Positions 19,871-28,393 of a stretch of 64,000 nucleotides of DNA are shown here, piece after piece. The stretch covers positions 79,741 through 143,740 of IMG/VR virus record IMGVR_UViG_2724679462_000002. One strand, written 5' to 3'. The DNA is from a virus (taxonomy: Duplodnaviria > Caudoviricetes). The notes under the pieces are model-generated. The model did no database searches, was not told the origin of the DNA, and saw only the letters and a program-made list of their open reading frames with translations. Position 1 is the first letter of the stretch; every line of letters begins with the position of its first letter. Both the position numbers and the translations under genes were made by a program.

Positions 19871-20293
19871 TTACCGATCGAAGATCAGTCCGCTCGTGCT
19901 GCGCCGATCAAGTCGGCTGATGAGCACGTCAAGGTAGGCTTCAATCGCCCCCTGCTTCTGTATAATCTCGTTTGCCCACGTGTACGGACGCGGAATATCC
20001 GCGGTGAAGTTTCCCGCAATCATCCGAAGACGCTCTGGGGCCTCGGGTGGCACCAGCGTATAGACGTGGTAGCTCGCCATCAGGCGCGACGGCATATAGA
20101 AGCGCTCATACCTGCGCTCGTAGTACGTCGCCTCGACACAGATGCTGAGATCGTATCCTTGTACCGTGTGAATGGAAAGGCTGCTCACCTCTCCCTTCGT
20201 TGACTCTTGCACCCAGCTCGGGCCCTGCAATCGTGCAATTCCCCGTTGCACCATTGCCCGGCCCCATTCCCAGAAATCAACTAGCAGTGCCAT
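19871..20293 (-). CDS. Hypothetical protein
   Basis: 140-aa ORF co-oriented with 20328..21587. Confidence 0.55.
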   Translation of the reverse strand: MALLVDFWEWGRAMVQRGIARLQGPSWVQESTKGEVSSLSIHTVQGYDLSICVEATYYERRYERFYMPSRLMASYHVYTLVPPEAPERLRMIAGNFTADIPRPYTWANEIIQKQGAIEAYLDVLISRLDRRSTSGLIFDR

Positions 20294-20327
20294 AAGGGCG
20301 ATCCTGAGAAGACAAAGAAAACAGCAC

Positions 20328-21587
20328 CTACTTGTTGGTGTAGTGCTGCATGGTCATCGTTCGAATGACCAGGTACAACAGGACCGACGTCCGGACCGAT
20401 GCAATGACACTCTCATTGCGATTGCCCGTCGCCTGCTTCACGCACCACTCCGCTTTCTGTCGAAGGGAGAAGAGCGCAGGGTCGATACTGCGCGAGGACG
20501 TGTAGACGCCTTTCAGTCGCGCAAGCAGTGTCGGCAGATCCACATGGTTGCGCACCATCGTACGTTCTTCGGCCAGATAGTCGAAGCTGTGGATCAGCAC
20601 CTCGTTTAGCAGCTCCTCGATCTTGCCGGCGCCCGACTGGCGATAGTTGTCCGAGAGCCACGTGAGCGTCTCGCGGAAGAGTCGCGGCGGCGTCGTATGC
20701 ATCAACTTCTCGATCACGCCCATCAGCTCTTCGCGCATGAATGAAGCTTTGTCCGTGATGAGCGAATGCAGGTACCGCGTGTAGGCAAGCAGGTTCTTGT
20801 TTCGGTCCTTCAAGAACACTTCGCCGTCGTACTCCATGAGCGAGGACGTGGACTGGATCTTGATGCCCTGGTGGTGGACCTGCAGGAACACGTCGTAGAT
20901 ATTCTTCAACATGTCCCGAATGCGACCCTGCGTGTCGTTGAGCAGGTAGATCACCTCCAGATCGTTGTTCATCTTGGAGATCGCATTGAAGTGCAGGCCT
21001 TCGGGCGAGATCAGATCTTCTGTTCGCTGCTCGAGCACGCGGTTCCAGCTCCCGAGCTGCTTGATCGCGTACTTGCCGGAGAGCGCAGCATACGTCGCTT
21101 CGGCGGTGGCACGATCCGCCGGATACCGGAAGTGACGATAGAGACGCGAGGTCAGGAATTTGTACTGCAGCACGAGACCGACATCCACCATCGCGTCGTG
21201 CTTCTGCTGCGGATTCAGCTTGGGCGAGTTATACAGCGCATGCATGAGCCACGCGCACGACAAGTTCATCGTGTCGCTCGACACATTGAACGTCGGATTT
21301 ACCGTCGGCAAGGCGAGCAGACTTTCGGACAGACCATTCTGGTCCGCCTTCAAAATTTCATCGAACCACTGATCGCGGTCCGCGTCGGTGAACCGCACCA
21401 CTTCCACACCCAGCAGGTTGCCGCCGAAGAACTTGATGTGGTCTTCGTTCTTGTGCGCGAACGAGGTTCTGTAGATCGCGAGCTTCTTCGCGAATGCGGC
21501 ATCGAAAACCAGGCCACCGCAGGCCTCGGTGAAGACGCCCTGAATAGTCCCAGGCATGGTCGCTTCCTCAAGTATTGGCTCGGACAT
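20328..21587 (-). CDS. Hypothetical protein (likely conserved jumbo phage core gene)
   Basis: 419-aa ORF with phage-typical codon usage; start may be the downstream ATG after GAGGAAG. Confidence 0.75.
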   Translation of the reverse strand: MSEPILEEATMPGTIQGVFTEACGGLVFDAAFAKKLAIYRTSFAHKNEDHIKFFGGNLLGVEVVRFTDADRDQWFDEILKADQNGLSESLLALPTVNPTFNVSSDTMNLSCAWLMHALYNSPKLNPQQKHDAMVDVGLVLQYKFLTSRLYRHFRYPADRATAEATYAALSGKYAIKQLGSWNRVLEQRTEDLISPEGLHFNAISKMNNDLEVIYLLNDTQGRIRDMLKNIYDVFLQVHHQGIKIQSTSSLMEYDGEVFLKDRNKNLLAYTRYLHSLITDKASFMREELMGVIEKLMHTTPPRLFRETLTWLSDNYRQSGAGKIEELLNEVLIHSFDYLAEERTMVRNHVDLPTLLARLKGVYTSSRSIDPALFSLRQKAEWCVKQATGNRNESVIASVRTSVLLYLVIRTMTMQHYTNK

Positions 21588-21743
21588 AAAGCGTCCGGAT
21601 CACAAGATTGGCGCCGGCATAAAGCGCGGCAGGTCTCCCCGCCGCGCGACGCGATTACCAGAGCCACCACGGCGTCATCATCAGCTCCATCTGGGAGCGG
21701 ACCATGATTGATTGCAGCATGTAAAACTGGACCGGGAAGACCA

Positions 21744-22298
21744 TCACGCACCCCGCTTCTTTGCGACCCACGCGGCAGCGAACGCCTCGAGGCTCGGATA
21801 CACCTTCACGCCGTATGCTTCAGCGAGCGCTTCCAGCGCCTTGCCGAGATACTCGATACGTTCCGTCGGCACGCCGCTATCGTCGCCGTTGACGGAGGGA
21901 TTGGTGGCATCCATCACGAGCACAAATTCCGCTTCGTCGAGGTCACGATCAGCGAGATCCTTGCTGACCTCGACGATGTTTTCCGGCTTCACGTCGCTCG
22001 CCGCGACACCGTACACCACGGTCGAATTGCCGTCAGACGGCGTCGCGGCGCCGGCCATCTCGACATCGTTCACGAGTTGTGCGATTGCCAGCGCGTCATT
22101 GGCTTGCGATTCCGTCGCCACACCGCCTTCCGGCGGATCGTTGGATGTGGGACGCGCGTAAGCCTGAGCGAGTGCTTGTGAGAAGACTTCCGAGAGCGGA
22201 CCTTTCAGTTCCAGCATCTCTTTATCCGACGCGCCTTGCGCCGGGGTCTCTTGTTGGCCGACGAATTCGCCTTCCAGCGCAGCTTTGAGCAGGGACAT
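21744..22298 (-). CDS. Acidic hypothetical protein, possibly a head protein
   Basis: GGAGGAA RBS before MSLLKAALE; ALE/ATE motifs resemble phiKZ-type protease cleavage sites. Confidence 0.65.
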   Translation of the reverse strand: MSLLKAALEGEFVGQQETPAQGASDKEMLELKGPLSEVFSQALAQAYARPTSNDPPEGGVATESQANDALAIAQLVNDVEMAGAATPSDGNSTVVYGVAASDVKPENIVEVSKDLADRDLDEAEFVLVMDATNPSVNGDDSGVPTERIEYLGKALEALAEAYGVKVYPSLEAFAAAWVAKKRGA

Positions 22299-22676
22299 AG
22301 TTCCTCCGGGGATATTCGGACGAGCGCAGACCAACTGCACTCAAACACAGGATTAGCGTGCGCCGCCGCTCCGACCGCCGCCCCGCCGCGCCCCGGCCGC
22401 CCTTTTGGAGGTTTTGCTTTTTAGTCGTTATCCTTTCGTTGATTCTGTTCTCGTTGTTGTTCTGTGTTGTCTGTCTATGCCTTCTTTCGATGCAACATCT
22501 TAGAAACTAAAAGTTGGTCAAACTTGACTCATTGAGGCTTCCGCAGAGAAGCCTCTTAAATACATACGACCGACGGAATAAAAAAATACCGTTCTATCTG
22601 CATTCTTTGCATCGAAAGTCACACACAACAACACCAAGAAAAAGTGACCTTCAATATATAAAAAATGAATGGGTTT

Positions 22677-22776
22677 GGGGGAGGGGGGCCGTCGATCCAA
22701 GGAGAGGGGACGAAGGTCCCCTCTCCTCTATCTATTGCAGGAAAAAACCCCGCTTTTTCTGGGGGGAGGGGGGCCG
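22677..22776 (+). repeat. 15-bp G-rich direct repeat GGGGGAGGGGGGCCG flanking a hairpin
   Basis: Copies at 22677-22691 and 22762-22776; hairpin GGAGAGGGGAC-GAAG-GTCCCCTCTCC at 22701-22726. Confidence 0.75.
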
Positions 22777-22895
22777 AAAGTCCGGCCGGCCGCAGGCTGG
22801 CTCTTATGCCGGTGTGCGGGGAAGAAATACTGAGAAACCGTAGGGTATGCGACATCAGCACATTTCTAAACCACAGTAACAAGGACAACACCAAC

Positions 22896-23471
22896 ATGGC
22901 CACCAAGAGCATCACGAAGAAAGCAGACGTCACGAAGGCACCGGCAGTCAAGGCCGCAATCGCTCCGGTGAAGGCACCTGCGAAGAAGGCTGCCGCAAAG
23001 TCGGTCAAGCCCACCGCTCCCGCGAAGGTCGCTGACGCAGCAACGGCCACGGCGCCGAAGGCGATCAATCCCAGCGTCGCGGTCAAGAAGCTGCCCGCTA
23101 AGGAAGCAGTCGTCGCAAAGCCCGCTGTAAAGAAGGCCGCCGCGACGAAGCCGGCTGCGAAGAAGTCGCTCGCCCAGAAGAAGGCTGAAGCGAACTCCGC
23201 GTTCAAGAACCTCGTCTCGAAGCCGGCCGAAACGTCGGCGGTCGCATCTGCGCCGTCGCTCGGCAAGGAACTCGGCCGGACATTGCGAGAACTGCGCAAG
23301 AAGGCCGGACTGACGCAATCGCAACTGGCCGCGAAAACCACGCTCAGCCCTTCTTCGATTTCCGAGGTTGAGCTCGGCCGCCAGTCACTGACGATCGATC
23401 GTCTGCACGAACTCCTGAACGCGCTGGGCTTCAACGTGAAGTTCGATTTGGTCCCGAAGACCGGCTATTGA
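22896..23471 (+). CDS. Histone H1-like (K/A/P-rich) protein fused to a C-terminal XRE-family HTH
   Basis: AAGGA RBS; KAPAKKAAAK-type repeats followed by LRELRKKAGLTQSQLAAKTTLSPSSISEVELG. Confidence 0.85.
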   Translation: MATKSITKKADVTKAPAVKAAIAPVKAPAKKAAAKSVKPTAPAKVADAATATAPKAINPSVAVKKLPAKEAVVAKPAVKKAAATKPAAKKSLAQKKAEANSAFKNLVSKPAETSAVASAPSLGKELGRTLRELRKKAGLTQSQLAAKTTLSPSSISEVELGRQSLTIDRLHELLNALGFNVKFDLVPKTGY

Positions 23472-23487
23472 ACGGACCGAACGAAAC

Positions 23488-24135
23488 ATGAAAAACGCAC
23501 ACAGCCTGCTGTTCCATGGCTACAGCTTCCCGCTGGAAGATCGTCCGTTTCTGAAGGCGATCGCCTACGACCACATGGGCGACAAAGCGGGACAGAAGTT
23601 CCTGGCGGAATGGCGCGAGACGCTACGCATCCTGTCGTCGCACCCGGGCTTCTCGGCGACCTACGGTGTGCACGTGTTGCCGAACGAGAACGGTGGCCTG
23701 CTTCCCGAGGTCCACGAGCACGTCGCGCTGCTGGGCGATGAAGCCATGCCGTTCGCGACGCTGCACATGACGACCCAAGGTATCGGCGATCATGCGTATT
23801 ACCATAGCGTCTCCTACGCTATTCAGGAACTCGAGGCGGTCCTGAAAGCCATGAACAGCGCTGTCTTCGAAGGCGAGTACCAGCTGGGCACTGGCCAGAA
23901 TGGGGAAAGGCGAACGCTCCAGTTCGCTACGCTCTTCTACGAACTGCGTCGCACCTTGCTTGCTCACTCCCATGCGGTTAAGGTCACCTGGACACCCGGG
24001 GTCAATGGCACCATCGATCTGTTCGTCGAGCCGAGCCTCCGCGACATATGTCCCCGTAGCGGTGTGGTCTTCACCTTCGTGTTGCCGGAGGAGTTCAACC
24101 GCGCCGTGCGGCAGATGAGCGAAGCTGCCGCGTAA
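23488..24135 (+). CDS. Hypothetical protein
   Basis: 215-aa ORF downstream of the H1-HTH gene. Confidence 0.7.
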   Translation: MKNAHSLLFHGYSFPLEDRPFLKAIAYDHMGDKAGQKFLAEWRETLRILSSHPGFSATYGVHVLPNENGGLLPEVHEHVALLGDEAMPFATLHMTTQGIGDHAYYHSVSYAIQELEAVLKAMNSAVFEGEYQLGTGQNGERRTLQFATLFYELRRTLLAHSHAVKVTWTPGVNGTIDLFVEPSLRDICPRSGVVFTFVLPEEFNRAVRQMSEAAA

Positions 24136-24182
24136 TTGACTTAGCGTCATGAGGGCCCGGGATTTCCCGGGCCTCTATGCTG

Positions 24183-24986
24183 TCAGCGATTGCCGCCGAT
24201 CATAAGTCTAAGATACCTAGAGTAACTCTCCGGGTCGTTCATGAACGCGACTTTCCTCCAACGAGTGGTCAAGTGGGTCTGGTACAGCTCTTCGGCGTCG
24301 GCATAGCCGTCGATAATCTCCTTGATTCGACCGAGCGTCTGCCCACCACGCAATTCGCCCATATCCAGTTGGACGACGTAGGTGTTGTAGATGTAGGACT
24401 TGACCGCGAATTCCACCAACTTCACGAACGACAGATAGCTGCGCAACTGAATGTTGTTCAAGTTCTCGTCATTCGCCACAGTGCAGCGCAGATACGCATT
24501 GGCCGGCATCGTCATCACATCGCGAACGAGCACGACGTTCTCACCGATCAGTTCGAGCCGAGCCGTAGACGTTTGGGGAATCATCCCCATCGCATCCATT
24601 ACGGCCTGACCTGCTTGCAACATCATGTTGTTCTGGCCGTTCGCTGCAATACCTGCTGCCGAGACACGCGAGGGATCCGCGAAGGAGATATTGAGCACGG
24701 ACATGATCGTCCGACCGTTGGTCATCCTCTTCGGGATGCGGTAGACCGATTCGTAGATGCTGCCACCGCTCTCGCACAATCCGTCGAGGCAAATCCAGAT
24801 CTCAGTGCCACCAACCAGGTTGCAATCGATCAGCACGCGCGGTCGCATGACCAGGTTCATGATCTGATCGTCGATGCTCTTCGGCGTGTCGCGCCAACGT
24901 TCGACACGTTGAACGAAAACGGTGTGCAAGACCTCGGGCGGGATGCGGAACTTGATGTCTGCGAGGGCCTTGGTAATGGGATTCAT
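24183..24986 (-). CDS. Hypothetical protein, probably virion structural
   Basis: 267-aa ORF divergent from phuZ. Confidence 0.7.
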   Translation of the reverse strand: MNPITKALADIKFRIPPEVLHTVFVQRVERWRDTPKSIDDQIMNLVMRPRVLIDCNLVGGTEIWICLDGLCESGGSIYESVYRIPKRMTNGRTIMSVLNISFADPSRVSAAGIAANGQNNMMLQAGQAVMDAMGMIPQTSTARLELIGENVVLVRDVMTMPANAYLRCTVANDENLNNIQLRSYLSFVKLVEFAVKSYIYNTYVVQLDMGELRGGQTLGRIKEIIDGYADAEELYQTHLTTRWRKVAFMNDPESYSRYLRLMIGGNR

Positions 24987-25026
24987 GGGGGGATCTCCCG
25001 GGACTCAACCCAATAGAAAAATGGCG

Positions 25027-25035
25027 ATATATCAC
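25027..25035 (+). promoter_or_regulatory. Phage promoter motif ATATATCAC upstream of phuZ
   Basis: Exact copy of the recurrent motif. Confidence 0.65.
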
Positions 25036-25154
25036 TTTACTGGAGCTGTGACGTACACAGCATTCGCCGAGTGCTATTTAGGTCGCAGTTATTTTTTATC
25101 CCCGTCAGGCTTGTTATGACCAACCACAAGTCACAACCCCAAGGAACACCAACC

Positions 25155-26162
25155 ATGACTACGCATGAACGTGAACGCGGCCGTGTACGCCTTTACGCCT
25201 GTGGCGGCGCAGGCGTGAACGTAGGTCACAAAGTCGATCGCGTCGCGCAGAGCAACGACGAAGCGTTCGCCCAGCTCGACGTCGTATACATCGACACGTC
25301 GAAGTCGAACCTGCACTCCGACATCAAGGCAGAAAGCGTCTACCTGATCGACGGCCTCGACGGCTCCGGTCAAGTGCGTCGTGAAAATCACGGCGCCATC
25401 AGCGAGCGCGTGCGCGACATCCTGCAGACGTTCAAGCCGGTCGATCTCAACATCGTCCTTTCGTCGGCCGGTGGCGGTTCCGGATCAGTGATCGCACCTT
25501 CGATCGTTTCGGAACTCCTCGCGAAGGACTATCCGACGATCGTCATCTGTGTCGGCGATGACAGCACGAAGAAGTACAGCGAGAACACACTGAACACGCT
25601 GAAGTCCTACGACCAGATCGCGTCGACCGTACGTCAGCAGCCGGTCATCATGTCGTACCTGCAGAACAGCGCGGACATGACGCGCCCCGTCGTCGATCAG
25701 CGCGTGCAGCATCTCGTAGCCGCACTGTGCCTGCTCTTCTCGCGCCGCAACCGGGAGCTGGACTCGAAGGATCTGTACAACTGGCTGCACTACCAGAAGG
25801 TCACTTCGTACAAGCCGGCGCTCACCGCGCTCACGCTCATCGAAGACCTGAACGCCACCAGCCTCAGCAAGATCGGCAACCTCATCAGCATCGCGACGCT
25901 CACGATGCCTGACGTCGATCCGAGCCTGTCGCTGCGTCCGGAAGTGCAGTACGTCGGCTACATCGAGGGCGACACCGCCTCCGACAAGCTCAACATGCTG
26001 GCACCGTTCCACTACGTCACCTCCGACGGCGTCTTCGCGGAAGTCGCCGCCGGACTGAACACCGTGCTCCGCGAGCTCGAAGAGCAGACCGCCGCACGTC
26101 TGAACAAGGCAGGCATTTCGACCAGTGCTGATCAGGCTACCGATACCGGCCTGGTGTTGTAA
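25155..26162 (+). CDS. phuZ: PhuZ tubulin/FtsZ-like spindle protein
   Basis: YACGGAGVNVG, IDTS, DGSG, tubulin signature SAGGGSGS, ELDSKD and C-terminal DTGLVL; AAGGA RBS. Confidence 0.92.
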   Translation: MTTHERERGRVRLYACGGAGVNVGHKVDRVAQSNDEAFAQLDVVYIDTSKSNLHSDIKAESVYLIDGLDGSGQVRRENHGAISERVRDILQTFKPVDLNIVLSSAGGGSGSVIAPSIVSELLAKDYPTIVICVGDDSTKKYSENTLNTLKSYDQIASTVRQQPVIMSYLQNSADMTRPVVDQRVQHLVAALCLLFSRRNRELDSKDLYNWLHYQKVTSYKPALTALTLIEDLNATSLSKIGNLISIATLTMPDVDPSLSLRPEVQYVGYIEGDTASDKLNMLAPFHYVTSDGVFAEVAAGLNTVLRELEEQTAARLNKAGISTSADQATDTGLVL

Positions 26163-26800
26163 CTGGTGGCGGGATCTGATGCGCGGGCTGTGCTTAACCC
26201 CCGCGTGCCGGATTCTGATCAAACGCGGATACTCGTCAAAGACGGCGCATGACGTGCACATGCGCTCGTTCGTCCCCAAGCTAACTGCACACCCTAAAGA
26301 GCCGGATACCGCGGTCAAATGGAGGCCGTATGGACCCCACGCTCTGGCGGGTTTTGCCTGGGACATGACGAGTCCGCTCGCCAGATTTCTCACCTGACAT
26401 CGAACAAACAAGAAGCTTCTTTATCAGGAAGCTGGTCATCGCGAAGTGTGCTGACACGAGACTTGAGTTCAGCCACCCGAGGCATCGGGCTGGTCCCGAG
26501 AGGGAGCAATTGTTTCGAATGAGGTCCAAGGCACTGTCGCATCGATCGAGGTTCAGTGAGAACCAATCTACCGATCGTCCCGCAGGATCCGATTGCTCGG
26601 AGGACGGGATGATCCCAACCAGCCTGCGAAGGCAGGTTTGGAATGCGTTCGCGCTGAGCGCATTCCAAATCAACATCAACAGTTACGGACGACGGCGAGC
26701 CGGTATGCGCGATACCGGGCCAGACGAGCACGCCTAACCGGTTTGGGCATAGCAGCAGTCTGAAAAGGGCCGGGGGTGAAAAGTCCCCACGTCGTCCACC
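26163..26800 (+). ncRNA. Putative large structured non-coding RNA (element A)
   Basis: No credible ORF. Dense stems including 26231-26238/26366-26373, 26245-26251/26259-26265, 26637-26650/26656-26669 and 26687-26694/26790-26797. G-U pairs fit the + strand. Confidence 0.6.
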
Positions 26801-26816
26801 CGATCTAGGAGAAAGC

Positions 26817-27071
26817 ATGAGCGATAAACAGCAAATCGAAGAACGCGTTAAAGCCATCGTATCGGCTCAGCTTCAGGTCCCCGTCACGGACATCAGGAAC
26901 GAGGACACGATCGTCGCAGTCCTCGGTGCTGACTCGCTCGATGAAGTCGAGATGCTGATGGCAATCGAGGACGACTTCGGTTTGGACATCCTCGACGAGG
27001 ACGCGGAAAGCTTCAAGACCGTTCAGAGCATCATCGACTACGTCAAAGGCAAAGTTCCGGCCACGGTCTGA
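26817..27071 (+). CDS. acpP: Acyl carrier protein
   Basis: 84 aa, acidic; LGADSLDEVEMLMAIEDDFG (phosphopantetheine Ser in DSL) and TVQSIIDYV; AGGAG RBS. Confidence 0.9.
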   Translation: MSDKQQIEERVKAIVSAQLQVPVTDIRNEDTIVAVLGADSLDEVEMLMAIEDDFGLDILDEDAESFKTVQSIIDYVKGKVPATV

Positions 27072-27079
27072 TTTTTCTT

Positions 27080-27840
27080 AACCGGCGCGCGCCGCTTGCG
27101 GGAACTTGGCTCCCGCGCTGCGGTGCTCTTTTGTTGGGCGTCGGCGCGCAAACGGCGCGCCCTGCCCGTTGGGCGTGATGGTGAGCTAACACAATGTGAG
27201 GCCCGCGTTTGAACGTCACGCCCGCGCTACCTTGGCGCCGGTAGTCGCAGGGTTGAATTCAGTGCAACAAACTTAGGCTGCAGTAGTTTAGGTCTCGATC
27301 AATCCAAGTGATTGACTTCGATCAGATCGCCTGGGGAGGTGATGTGAGGAAGGCGCTCATACCTGATTTCAATCCTGCGTTTGTCCCAGTCTCCGTCACT
27401 CGCTACGCGCTGGTTGGCGCTGGCCGCGAGCGGGGCCCATTCCGAGACTGGATTCCATCAACATCCGCAAAACAACCGAAGAGGTCCGCCATGAAGTAGG
27501 TTAGCTCACGCTCCCATTTCCAGTCCGATTGACTGAAGCCATCCATCAAGTGACCCTCTAGTGAGTGGTAAGACATTCCGCATTCAGTCTGGAACATATA
27601 GCGTCCACCTACGCGGCTGCGCGGGCCTGGCACGAGCATCGACTCGAGCCAACAAGGCAGCGCGCAGGCTAGTGCTGGCCTAATTGCTGATCCACTGTTT
27701 GCACGACGTCGTGATGGTCTCCCAACTGCTCAGCGGGATAAAACAAAGAGCGTCTGTCTCCGTACTGCTCAGCCGGACACAGCAGAGCTACGGGCCAATT
27801 CCCCAGGATCGCATTACGCGAGGAGGGAGTTGGCCCTAAT
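27080..27840 (+). ncRNA. Putative large structured non-coding RNA (element B) with long-range pairings
   Basis: Stems 27171-27180/27214-27223, 27247-27257/27368-27378, 27386-27393/27444-27451 and 27792-27803/27825-27836; loop segments complementary to 27500-27509 and 27620-27628. Confidence 0.65.
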
Positions 27841-28012
27841 TGCCTTTTATGCCGTCAATTCAGCCAGCCAGTGAAACAAACGGAACCCGTGTAAAATCCC
27901 GGCCTGTTTGTTTTCCAGAATGCCTCTAAAAACGCTCAGAAACGCTTCTGACGGGCTCGTGCTGGGAAGTTTATATCTCCACGTCAAATCGTGTAGAGAC
28001 CAGGAGCCAGAA

Positions 28013-28393
28013 GTGTTTCGACAAGCCACTCTCATTCAGGACATCCGCGAGTTTTTCGCGATTATCCAACCGCCGTTGCTGGAAATATTCGAGCAAGACA
28101 ACGTCTGCTTCTCGGGAGCATCAATCGAGGACACGGTGGAATGGATCATCGCGCAGCAGATCGAGAACTGCTACGGCCTGTCCGTTCAAGGACACACCCG
28201 CGAGCGCTCGGTCTACAGCGCACTTCACGATCAAGTTGCGAATGCCTTGCCGTATCCCATCTCGTTGCCGGTTCGACAGTTAATAAAGGTGCCGTTGATT
28301 TACGACGACCAGTCCGTGAGCATCGATCTTCGAGGCACGGATTTGTACGTCTTCTATTACATCGACACCGCCCTCCTTTTCACTAGGCCATGA
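28013..28393 (+). CDS. Hypothetical protein (paralog array member)
   Basis: GTG start 28013 after AGGAG; C-terminal RGTDLYVF motif. Confidence 0.6.
   Translation: MFRQATLIQDIREFFAIIQPPLLEIFEQDNVCFSGASIEDTVEWIIAQQIENCYGLSVQGHTRERSVYSALHDQVANALPYPISLPVRQLIKVPLIYDDQSVSIDLRGTDLYVFYYIDTALLFTRP

Noticed and set aside
26687-26800. Canonical tRNA, tRNA-Sec or tmRNA call
   Set aside because: No TTC T-loop, no 7-nt anticodon loop, no encoded CCA, and no tmRNA-type ends; kept only as tRNA-like
26125-26857. Short ORFs in the tract between phuZ and acpP (also 27308..27499 and 27403..27639)
   Set aside because: They have no RBS, atypical composition and mutual overlaps; base-pairing explains the sequence better. 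Translation is not formally excluded.
27181-27200. Resemblance of GTGAGCTAAC to the lac CAP-site/vector sequence
   Set aside because: Only about 10 nt match and the flanks are not vector-like; its complement at 27500 suggests RNA pairing instead
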